41,046 bases of DNA from Hyphomicrobiales bacterium (GTDB lineage Bacteria > Pseudomonadota > Alphaproteobacteria > JBDZUN01). The stretch spans positions 1 through 41,046 of the forward strand of contig JBDZUN010000004.1 in the NCBI GenBank assembly GCA_040255145.1, written 5' to 3'. A program made the position numbers and the translations under genes. This document shows positions 23,310 to 31,039 of this stretch, in pieces. Every line of letters begins with the position of its first letter. The first letter of the stretch is position 1. The notes beneath the pieces were generated by a model. That model saw only the letters and a list, made by a program, of their open reading frames with translations, ran no database searches and was not told the origin of the DNA.

Positions 23310-26300
23310 TGAACACCACGTCTACCCAGTAATTCGACTTGCTGTAGCTGCCGGACGGGAACAGGCCGGAACTGCCATAGGCGAAGACGCCGTTGCCGCC
23401 GCTGGCGTCGGAGGCCGGCGCATGGAGGGACCCGTTCGAGTGATCGGTGTCGAAATAATTGCCGGTCGCGGAGTAGTTGCCGTCGGTATGATAGGAGGCG
23501 ATGTAGGTGGTCCCGGCCGTGATCGCGACCGGGGTGTTGAGGTTGGCGGTCTGCCAGCCGCTCGCCGTTTCGTTGGTGAAGGTCGCGGTGGCGAGCAGGG
23601 TGCCGTCGGCGTTCCACAGATGACCCTCGTGGGCGCCGGTATTCTGCGGCCCCTTGTAGAACTTGATGCCGGTGATGGTGCCGGCCACGTCGGACGTGAA
23701 CTTCATGCCCAGTTCGACCGGGTTGGGATCGTCATCCGTGATCGTCGCCGGAGTATCGGACGGCGCGAACAGGCTGATTCCGGAGCCGGGCGCGTTCACC
23801 GTCAGGGAGACGGTGGCGCTGGCGCTGCCGCCGCGGCCGTCGCCGATCGTGTAGCCGAAGCTGGCCGCGCCGGTATAGCCGGCATTCGGCGTGAAGATGA
23901 CGGTCTGTGCCTGGGCGTTCAGCGACGCGACGCCGCCGGTGGCGCTGCCGACGCCGGTGACGGTCAGCGCGTCGCCGTCGGGATCGGTGTCGTTGGCGAG
24001 CAGCGCCGAGGTCGGCAGCGTGAGCGCCGTGTTCTCCTGGGTGCTGAAGCCGCTGTCGTTCGCGGCGACCGGGTTGTTGTTGGCGCCGGAGCCCTGGTTG
24101 TAGACGACATCGACCCAGTAATTGGCGCTGCCGTAAGTGGCGGTGGGGAACACGCCCGACGCACCGTAGGCATAGACGCCGTTGCCGCCGCTGGCGTCGG
24201 AGGCGAGTGCGGTCAGCGGTCCGTTGGTGACGGCATTGGTGAAGTAGTTGCCGGTGGCCGCGTAGTCGCCGTTGCTGTGATAGGACGCGATGTAGGTCGT
24301 GTTGGCAGCGATCGTCACCGGGCTCGCGAAGGTGGCGATCTGCCAGCCGCTCGCGGTTTCGTTGGTGAAGGTCGCGGTCGCCAGAAGGGTGCCGGTCGAC
24401 GACCACAGGTGCGCCTCATGCACACCGGTATCCTGCGGCCCCTTGTAGAACTTGATTCCGCTGATCGTCCCGGTGCTCGACGCCTGGAACTTCATGCCGA
24501 GCTCCACCGCCTTGGGGTCGTCCTCGCTGGGTCCGGTCGGCCCGTCGGACGGCGCGAACAGGCTGAGCGCGGTGCCGGGGGCGTTGACGGTCAGCGCCAC
24601 GGTGGCGGTCGCGCTGCCCCCGCGGCCGTCGCCGATCGTGTAGGTGAAGCCGGCCGCCCCGTCATAGCCCGCCGTCGGCGTGAAGATGACGGTCTGGGCC
24701 TGCGCGTTCAGTGCGATCGTGCCGTGGGTGGCGCCGCCCACGCTGACGATGCTGAGCGGGTCGCCGTCGGCGTCGCTGTCGTTGGCGAGCAGCGCGGCGG
24801 CGGCGATGGTCAGCGCGGCGTCCTGCTGGGTGCTGAAGCCGCTGTCGTTCGCCGCGACCGGATCGTTGTTGGCGGCGACGCCCTGTTCGTACACGACATC
24901 GACCCAGTAATTGGCGTTGCCGTATGTGGCGGTAGGAAACAGGCCGGACGCGCCGTAGGCAAAGACGCCGTTACCGCCGGCGACGTCGGAGGCCAGTGCG
25001 GTCAGCGGCCCGTTGGTCACGGCGTCGGCGAAGTAGTTGCTGTCCGCCGAATAGAAGCCGTTCGAGTGGTAGGAGGCGATGTAGGTCGTGTTGGCCGCGA
25101 TCGACACCGGGCTCGTGAAGGTGGCGGTCTGCCAGCCGCTGGCGGACTCGCCGGTGAAGGTCGCGGTGGCGAGCAGGGTGCCGGTCGACGACCACAGATG
25201 CGCCTCGTGCACGCCGGTATTCTGCGGGCCCTTGTAGAACTTGATCCCGGTGATCGTCCCGGCGCTCGACGCCTGGAACTTCATGCCGAGCTCGACCGGC
25301 AGCGGATCGTCTTCGGTGACCATGTCCGGGGCGGCCGAGGACGGGAACAGCGATACGCCGGTGCTCGGCTGGTCGACCGTCAGGGCGACGTTGGCCGAGG
25401 CCGTGCCGCCGCGCCCGTCGCCGACCGTGTAGGTGAAGCTGGCCGGGCCGTTATAGCCCGCGGTCGGCGTGAAAGTGATCGTCTGCGCCTGGGCGTTCAG
25501 CGCGACAGTGCCGTGAGTGGCGCCGCTGACGCCGGTGACGTTGAGGCCGTCGTGGTCGGCGTCGGTGTCGTTGGCCGTCAGGCTCGACGCCGCGATGACC
25601 AGCGGCGTGTCCTGCGCCGTGTTGAAGCCGGAATCATCCACCGCAATCGGAACGTGATTGGGCGACGATATGAACTGGACATCGACCCAATAGTTCTCGT
25701 TGGTGAACGTGTTGTCCGGGAACGTCGTCGTGTCGCCGTAGGCATAGACGCCGGCGCCGGTCGGCGCGATGAGCTGGCCGCTGGTGCGCGGGGCGTCGAA
25801 ATAGCCGGTCGTGGCGGAATAGCGGTTGCCGGTGTGGTAGGACGCGACATAGGTGGTGCCGGCCGTGACTGCCACCGGCTGCGAGAAGGTCACGGTCTGC
25901 CAGCCGCTATCGGTCTCGTTGGTGAACGTCGCGCTGGCCAGCAGGGTGCCGTCGGCGGTCCACAGATGCGCGGTATGCGTCCCCTGATTGAGGAAGCTTT
26001 TGTAGAAGCTGATGCTGGTGATCGTGCCGTCGGCGGTGGTCTGGAACTTCATGCCCAGCTCGACGCTGGCGAAGTCCTGGATGAATTCCGAATCGGTGTC
26101 GGCCGGCTTGTCGGCATAGGTCCAGAGGGTCGAGCCTTCCCACTGGCTGACGGTGATCGGCGTGCCCGTCGTCGGCGTGGCCTGCATGTTGAGGCTGTCG
26201 TCGACCGCACGCGCGAGGACGGTGTAGTTGCCCGCCGCCTCGACCCGGCCCGAATAGGTCCAGGTGTCGAAGCCGGTGGCCTTGTGCCACGTCGTGCCGC

Positions 26301-28530
26301 TGTCGATCGAGACCTCAACGCCGGCGACCTTGCCGCCGCCGCTGTCCTGCGCCGTGCCGGCCACGGTGATGTCCTGGCCTTCCAGGAAATCCCCGCCGGA
26401 GGACACGGAGGTTATGGTTGAGGTCGGCGCCGTATGGTCGGTCGTCCCGGTCGCGATGACGAGGCTCGCGTCCAGCGTATCGGGCTGGATCCCCATGTCG
26501 GCGAACAGGTTGACCATCGCCTGCTGCACGTTCGGGTCAGTCGGGATCTGCTCGTTGTCGTGGTGGTCATCCAGGCCCCATGACCAGTAGACCGTGCCCG
26601 CGCCGAACACGATCGCGCCGCTGTCGGCCCGGTACATCGTCAGGCTGTGCTGCGCCGCCGCGTTGTCGCCGACGACCGATCCGTAGTCGAGCAGGTAGGT
26701 GTTGACCGAGACGGTCGACAGCGACAGGTCGACCAGGCCCGCGGGGCGGAAGCCGTTATCGACGTCCGAATCCCATTCGTAGCCGAGCAGGCCGGTGACC
26801 AGGGCGCCGGTCTCGCCCGGCTGCAGTTGCGAAATGTCCGTGTTCCGCCAGAAGCGGAACTGGGACATGTCGTAGGGCACGGTGATCGTGTCCAGGCGAT
26901 AGGAATCGACCGTGAACATCGTCCCGGTCAGCGCGTTCTCCGGCTCCTGCCCCGGATCCTGGAACCGTTCGTCCCGCCAGGTGCCAGTGCTGGTGTCGGA
27001 GGGGTCGATGTCCGAATTCGCCCAGGTCTCCTTGTAGCAGACCAGCGTGCGGTAGGGTGTGCCGCTGCCGTCGATGCTGTCCTCCCAGCGGGTCTTCCAA
27101 TAGACCTCGTTGCCGCTGAAGAAGGCGAGGTTGACGCCCGCATCGCGCGCCGCCTCGACATTGGCGCGCTGGTCGGCCGACCAGTATTCGTCGTGGCCGA
27201 CCGACAGGAACGCCTCGTGGTTCATAAGCTGCTGGCCGGCGCGCGCGGTGTCGACGCCGGAGATGTACGAGACGTCGTAGCCGTTTTCCTCGATCCAGCG
27301 GATCGCGGAATATTCGGCGCCGAACAGGTAGTCCTGCGGCCCCGAGGCATAGACGTAGTCGCTGGTGATGAACGGCCGGTTGTAGCTGACCGCGTAGGCG
27401 CGCCCGATCGCCTGCAGGCCGCAATGGCAGTTGGGTGGCTGGTAGGACAGCATGTCGTCGGGGTTCAACGGCACGTCGCCGCCGTAGAAGCTGGCGCCGC
27501 CCCAGGCGTTATAGGCCTGCCAGGTGGTGTCCGAGGTCTGGAACACCATGTCGCTGTGCGATTGGTCGTCGCGGACGATGAACGGGATCTCGTTGACCCC
27601 TTCGGTGCCGTCCTCGCGCACCAGCTTCGCCAGATAGACGCCGGACACCGCGTCCGCCGGTACGTCCCAGCTCGCCGATACGCCCCAGTTGCCGCAGTCG
27701 ATCAAGCCGAGCGAATAATCGACGATCGGGTGCGGCTGGACCTGGGCGGTGTCGAGCTGGCGCTGGATCGTGGTGACCAGCCGCGCGCCATCGCCGCCGT
27801 AATAGCCCAGCCGATAGATGTCGATCCGATAGTTGGTCGAATCGGTATTGATCTTGAAATCGACGGTATCGCCATGATCGACGCTGATGTCGGTCGCGAA
27901 GCCTTCGATGTTGCGGTCGCCGGGTGTGGTGGAGCGCCAGACGCTCTCCGGCGTCCCCTGCTTCATGTTTTCCAGGGCAATGGCGTTGAGTTGCTGCGCT
28001 TGGGGTGCTGCCGCGGTCGAATCCGGGGCGTTGATTACCACCTGCGGGTCGGTCAGGAGCGCATTGACACCCTTGCTGAACGCGATCGGGCCGTTGGCCA
28101 ACGATTGGGGCAGCGTCGTCGTCGGCGTGCTGGCCACCGATTCCTGCGTCGTGGTCGGGCCGACCCCCGGGTCGATGTCCATGCCCACCGCGGTCGACTG
28201 CAGCGCCACCGCTGATGAGCCGGACGATATCGCGCTGCTGAGCGTCGATGTGACCGATGTGGCCCACGGGCGGACGGCCGGCACCGCGGTCGCTGACGTG
28301 GCGGCGGGGCCGCCCGGCAGGTCTCCGGCTGCGCCGCCGCCGGTCCCGGTCGGGTCGAGGGGCGAGATCGCGGTCGTCGCGCCGATGCCGGCGCCGTCGG
28401 CGGCCGATGAGTCCGCCGGTGCGCCGGTCAGTCCGGAAAGGGTCGATGTCGAATCCGCCGACGGCATTCGTGTCAGTGGTGCAGCGCCCGCGCCCGACGA
28501 CGATGCGAGAATCCGGCTGTTCGTATCCAT
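23290..28530 (-). CDS. Giant (1746 aa) multidomain protein of unknown function
   Basis: ATG at 28530. Domain order: a Ser/Thr/Ala/Gly-rich N-terminus, an N,N-dimethylformamidase-beta-subunit-like domain, an Ig-like domain, four DUF4082 modules and three interleaved cadherin-like modules. The DMFase-like core has DFKINTDSTNYRIDIYRLGYYGG, FIVRDD, TWQAYNAWGG, GHDEYWS and FFSGNEVYWKTRWE. The DUF4082 modules read VELGMKF...I(T/S)GIKFYKG...HLW...GWQ...TYIASYH...NYWVDVV. The cadherin-like modules read PVAANDSGFST...LLANDSDADGD...FTPTAGY.GAA.FTYTIGDGRGG. I see no classical signal peptide. Confidence 0.85.
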   Translation of the reverse strand: MDTNSRILASSSGAGAAPLTRMPSADSTSTLSGLTGAPADSSAADGAGIGATTAISPLDPTGTGGGAAGDLPGGPAATSATAVPAVRPWATSVTSTLSSAISSGSSAVALQSTAVGMDIDPGVGPTTTQESVASTPTTTLPQSLANGPIAFSKGVNALLTDPQVVINAPDSTAAAPQAQQLNAIALENMKQGTPESVWRSTTPGDRNIEGFATDISVDHGDTVDFKINTDSTNYRIDIYRLGYYGGDGARLVTTIQRQLDTAQVQPHPIVDYSLGLIDCGNWGVSASWDVPADAVSGVYLAKLVREDGTEGVNEIPFIVRDDQSHSDMVFQTSDTTWQAYNAWGGASFYGGDVPLNPDDMLSYQPPNCHCGLQAIGRAYAVSYNRPFITSDYVYASGPQDYLFGAEYSAIRWIEENGYDVSYISGVDTARAGQQLMNHEAFLSVGHDEYWSADQRANVEAARDAGVNLAFFSGNEVYWKTRWEDSIDGSGTPYRTLVCYKETWANSDIDPSDTSTGTWRDERFQDPGQEPENALTGTMFTVDSYRLDTITVPYDMSQFRFWRNTDISQLQPGETGALVTGLLGYEWDSDVDNGFRPAGLVDLSLSTVSVNTYLLDYGSVVGDNAAAQHSLTMYRADSGAIVFGAGTVYWSWGLDDHHDNEQIPTDPNVQQAMVNLFADMGIQPDTLDASLVIATGTTDHTAPTSTITSVSSGGDFLEGQDITVAGTAQDSGGGKVAGVEVSIDSGTTWHKATGFDTWTYSGRVEAAGNYTVLARAVDDSLNMQATPTTGTPITVSQWEGSTLWTYADKPADTDSEFIQDFASVELGMKFQTTADGTITSISFYKSFLNQGTHTAHLWTADGTLLASATFTNETDSGWQTVTFSQPVAVTAGTTYVASYHTGNRYSATTGYFDAPRTSGQLIAPTGAGVYAYGDTTTFPDNTFTNENYWVDVQFISSPNHVPIAVDDSGFNTAQDTPLVIAASSLTANDTDADHDGLNVTGVSGATHGTVALNAQAQTITFTPTAGYNGPASFTYTVGDGRGGTASANVALTVDQPSTGVSLFPSSAAPDMVTEDDPLPVELGMKFQASSAGTITGIKFYKGPQNTGVHEAHLWSSTGTLLATATFTGESASGWQTATFTSPVSIAANTTYIASYHSNGFYSADSNYFADAVTNGPLTALASDVAGGNGVFAYGASGLFPTATYGNANYWVDVVYEQGVAANNDPVAANDSGFSTQQDAALTIAAAALLANDSDADGDPLSIVSVGGATHGTIALNAQAQTVIFTPTAGYDGAAGFTYTIGDGRGGSATATVALTVNAPGTALSLFAPSDGPTGPSEDDPKAVELGMKFQASSTGTISGIKFYKGPQDTGVHEAHLWSSTGTLLATATFTNETASGWQIATFASPVTIAANTTYIASYHSNGDYAATGNYFTNAVTNGPLTALASDASGGNGVYAYGASGVFPTATYGSANYWVDVVYNQGSGANNNPVAANDSGFSTQENTALTLPTSALLANDTDPDGDALTVTGVGSATGGVASLNAQAQTVIFTPNAGYTGAASFGYTIGDGRGGSASATVSLTVNAPGSGISLFAPSDTPATITDDDPNPVELGMKFTSDVAGTITGIKFYKGPQNTGAHEGHLWNADGTLLATATFTNETASGWQTANLNTPVAITAGTTYIASYHTDGNYSATGNYFDTDHSNGSLHAPASDASGGNGVFAYGSSGLFPSGSYSKSNYWVDVVFNGQLAA
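23293..25659. repeat. Three tandem 789-bp (263-codon) coding repeat units, followed by a degenerate partial fourth unit up to about 26160
   Basis: Ghost plus-strand ORFs at 23663/24452/25241 and at 23891/24680 are exactly 789 nt apart. The 24-mer GTTGCCGCCGCTGGCGTCGGAGGC occurs at 23392 and 24181. The variant GTTACCGCCGGCGACGTCGGAGGC occurs at 24970. Confidence 0.85.
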
Positions 28531-28838
28531 GCTTAGCCCCCGTCGATCGCCGTCATGTGCGGTCGGGTCACCAGGACACAGCGTTTCTGTGATCGGGACG
28601 TGCGGAAAGGTATCTCTTTGGCGGTCGGATCAGCCGAAATAGGTAAGACGGCGAAGGCGGTTTCGATTGACAGCCGGATCGCGTTTCGATCCGTAAACGG
28701 ATTGGGGCGTCAGCCGGCGGTGGCGCGACGCGTTTGACCAATGAGACCATCGATGGATGGCATCTAACCCCTATGGGGAATCCAATATCCGATCAACGGG
28801 CGATAGCATTTCCGCTCTCCATTGGCGGAGGGCGCGAT

Positions 28839-29144
28839 ATGCAAAGATACAAGTCTGCGATTCTAGCCGTTGCGATTCTGGTCGGCGGCGCGACCGGCGC
28901 GTCCGCGTCGCTGGTCGATGTCAGCCGCGTGCAAATCTTGGCGGGCCCGAGCAATCCGGGCGACCTGATCAGGGACCTGATCAAGGATCTGATCAAGGAT
29001 CTGCGTGGGGGCCGCGGCGGCCCTAGCGGAGGACCGCATTCGGTGCCGGGGCCGGCCGCCGCCGTCGGGCTGTCGTACCTGCTGGCGGCGGGCGGCTATC
29101 ACCTGATCCGCCGACGCCGTCGTAACCGGGACAAGCAGGAATGA
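28839..29144 (+). CDS. Small secreted protein with a PEP-CTERM-like (VPGP-type) C-terminal sorting signal; putative exosortase substrate
   Basis: ATG 28839 lies 7 nt after GGAGGG. Signal peptide: MQRYKSAILAVAILVGGATGASA. The core contains DLIRDLIKDLIKDL and RGGRGGPSGGP. The C-terminus is VPGP, then AAAVGLSYLLAAGGYHLI, then RRRRRNRDKQE. The 5' codons are unusually AT-rich (AGA, TCT, ATT, CTA, GTT). Confidence 0.62.
   Translation: MQRYKSAILAVAILVGGATGASASLVDVSRVQILAGPSNPGDLIRDLIKDLIKDLRGGRGGPSGGPHSVPGPAAAVGLSYLLAAGGYHLIRRRRRNRDKQE
28962..29003 (+). repeat. In-frame 12-nt tandem repeat, 3.5 copies (GACCTGATCAGG GACCTGATCAAG GATCTGATCAAG GATCTG), encoding DLIR-DLIK-DLIK-DL
   Basis: Read directly from the sequence. 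Confidence 0.9.
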
Positions 29145-29249
29145 CGTCCAATCGCGGCTTTGGCAGCGGCTGATCGCGCGGGCGTTCCACCTGGGCCGGC
29201 CAAGGTGTTCACGGCACGGACGGTAGCTCTCTGCTGACGGGTTTTGCGC

Positions 29250-30107
29250 ATGCGTGACGGGCTGGCAGCGATGGGACCGGCGGCGCAGGAATATGGCGCG
29301 TCGTCGGCTTACGTGGTCGGCCGCGGCGCGCTGTTCGGCGGCGTCGCGCTGATCGGCATCGCCAATGCGCTGACGGAGCGGGTCGTTTCCGCCGTCAGGT
29401 TCGATGGCCTGTCCCAAGCGCTGATCACGACCTTCGGCGTCAGCGTCCTGGTATGGATCGGCGCCGGCTTGGGCATATCGCTGCTGCTGCGCGACCGCGC
29501 GGCGCCGGCGACGCGGCGCGACTGGACGGTCGCGATGGTGGCTGCCGTCGCGTTCCTCATCCCGTCGAGCATGGCAAGCTGGGTCGCGCTGACCGGCGTC
29601 GCCGCCTATTGCCTTCACGTTGCCATGCCGCGCACTGCCCTGCATCGGGGCGCGCTGATCGTGCTCGCGATCGCGGCGGTCCGTTTCTGGAGCCACGTCG
29701 CCTTCGCATTGTTCGGCCACTACATCCTTCAGATCTATGCGATGCTCGTAAGCCGGCTGGTCGGGGTCGCGCGGGCCGGTAACGCCCTGCAGCTTGCGGA
29801 CGGCGGCTATCTCTGGATCGCGCCCGGTTGCTCGTCCTTCACCAACGTCTCGCTGACGGTTCTGTGCTGGATCCTGTTCGCCCAGGCGACGGACCGTCCA
29901 CTGCGCCGTCGCGCATCGGCCTGGTGCCTGCTGGCGATCGGCGGGGTCGTCGCCATCAATGCTGTCCGCATCGCCCTGATCGTGCGCTACCCGGATTTCT
30001 TCCAGCTCATCCATGGGCCGATCGGCGCGACGACCGCTGGCTGGCTGACTGTCGCCGCCATGGTGGGCCTCTGTGCTTTCGGGACCAGGCGCGATGCGCG
30101 CGTCTAG
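29250..30107 (+). CDS. Exosortase/archaeosortase-family integral membrane protein (small, single-domain)
   Basis: Polytopic hydrophobic protein. Numbered in the 287-aa ORF, it has an ordered Cys196 (GNALQLADGGYLWIAPGCSSF), Arg242 (INAVRIALIV) and His257 (LIHGPIG). The spacing of 46 and 15 residues resembles the exosortase/archaeosortase catalytic residues. It lies directly downstream of a sorting-signal protein. The start could be ATG 29250 or ATG 29271; the track start at 29244 is TTG. Confidence 0.68.
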   Translation: MRDGLAAMGPAAQEYGASSAYVVGRGALFGGVALIGIANALTERVVSAVRFDGLSQALITTFGVSVLVWIGAGLGISLLLRDRAAPATRRDWTVAMVAAVAFLIPSSMASWVALTGVAAYCLHVAMPRTALHRGALIVLAIAAVRFWSHVAFALFGHYILQIYAMLVSRLVGVARAGNALQLADGGYLWIAPGCSSFTNVSLTVLCWILFAQATDRPLRRRASAWCLLAIGGVVAINAVRIALIVRYPDFFQLIHGPIGATTAGWLTVAAMVGLCAFGTRRDARV

Positions 30108-30573
30108 CGTCCGGGCGGCCTTCCTCGCGGTGCTGATCGTCACCGTTGCCGTCAAAGTCTCGATCGCCGGCCGGGAGCTTACCGAGCCGCCCGCACACCC
30201 GGAGAAGCCGTTCGTGGATCGGCTGCGGGCGCAAGGCTTCGACGTGACGCTCCGCTCCGACTCCAACCCGGCGGTAATGCGCGCGGTGGCCGGTGCGTGC
30301 CGGCTGTCCGCGGCGATCACGTCGCCCGCCGGATGGGACCGGGCAGTGGTCCAGCGTCTGGCCCACGACGGCGACCGCACGTATTTCGTGTTTCGCGGGA
30401 GCGTCTACGCGACGCAGCCCGTCATCCGCACGTCGCTTCATTACTATTGGTGGCGGGCCCGGCGATCCTTCGGCGTCGATGCGCGATTAAGCCCGGTACT
30501 GGCGGTCATCGCGTCGCCGGCCTGTGACGCAGCCACGGCGGTACGGCCGTTCCTGGCGCACGGCGTCGGCTAA
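30094..30573 (+). CDS. Hypothetical membrane-anchored protein, translationally coupled to the exosortase gene
   Basis: ATG 30094 overlaps the exosortase stop (TAG 30105..30107) by 14 nt. It has an N-terminal anchor MRASSVRAAFLAVLIVTVAVKVSIAG followed by a roughly 130-aa soluble domain. GC3 is high. I recognise no family. Confidence 0.5.
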   Translation: MRASSVRAAFLAVLIVTVAVKVSIAGRELTEPPAHPEKPFVDRLRAQGFDVTLRSDSNPAVMRAVAGACRLSAAITSPAGWDRAVVQRLAHDGDRTYFVFRGSVYATQPVIRTSLHYYWWRARRSFGVDARLSPVLAVIASPACDAATAVRPFLAHGVG

Positions 30574-30719
30574 CCTCGCCGCCCTTCCGCGAACGGGCGC
30601 GAACGCGCCGCCGCGGCGCAATTCTCCATTTGTCAGTCAGAACTGGTCGCGCCGAGGTGCCGGCGGCGTTTTCGCACGTCGTCCTGTCGCTGCAATCGAT
30701 AGCGGGAAGGGCGGATGAC

Positions 30720-30960
30720 CGAGAAAGGTTGCATCGGATTTGAGCTAAATCAATGTCGATCGAGGAGGTACCCGCTATTCATTCATTATGGGTAGGTAAT
30801 CATCCGTTAAGCGAAATTGTAAGCGTGCTGAATAGGTGAGCTAATACGGCGAGGGACAAGTGGTCCAATATGGTTAATGTTTTATGTAATATCGAGAACA
30901 ATTGATGCGAAATTGACCTGACTGCTCCGTTCGGGCGAGGGGAGCTGATGTCAAATCAAT
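30720..30960. promoter_or_regulatory. Low-GC (about 44% by my count, against roughly 70% flanks) intergenic island with phased short repeats, upstream of the EPS regulator gene
   Basis: I counted 105 G+C in the 240 nt of 30721..30960. TGAGCTAA occurs at 30741 and 30837. GCGAAATTG occurs at 30811 and 30907. Both pairs are exactly 96 nt apart. AAATCAAT occurs at 30747 and 30953. Confidence 0.45.
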
Positions 30961-31039
30961 ACTTCCTGCCGGCCGATACACCTGCCGAGTCAGCGAAGCA
31001 GTTCGTGAAGTATTCCCGTTCCAGCCGGAGGGCATCCAG

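Noticed and set aside
23293-26160. Tandem repeats as a CRISPR array or non-coding satellite.
   Set aside because: The period is 789 bp, the units are diverged, and they lie fully inside one long open frame encoding DUF4082/cadherin-like modules. There is no short repeat-spacer structure.
23035-28215. Plus-strand ORFs 23035..26421 (1128 aa) and 26647..28215 (522 aa).
   Set aside because: They are antisense shadows of the giant repeat-containing gene. Their internal periodicity simply mirrors the 789-bp coding repeats. Their composition is G/R/V/A-rich with no motifs.
28734-28838. TTG-initiated 35-codon extension of the exosortase-substrate ORF.
   Set aside because: It has no SD, and the extension would bury the signal peptide internally. 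ATG 28839 has GGAGGG at the proper spacing.
30650-30674. A possible rho-independent terminator after the exosortase operon (CGCCG-aggtgc-CGGCG followed by GCGTTTTCG).
   Set aside because: The stem is only 5 bp and the T-run only 4. That is too weak to call from sequence alone.
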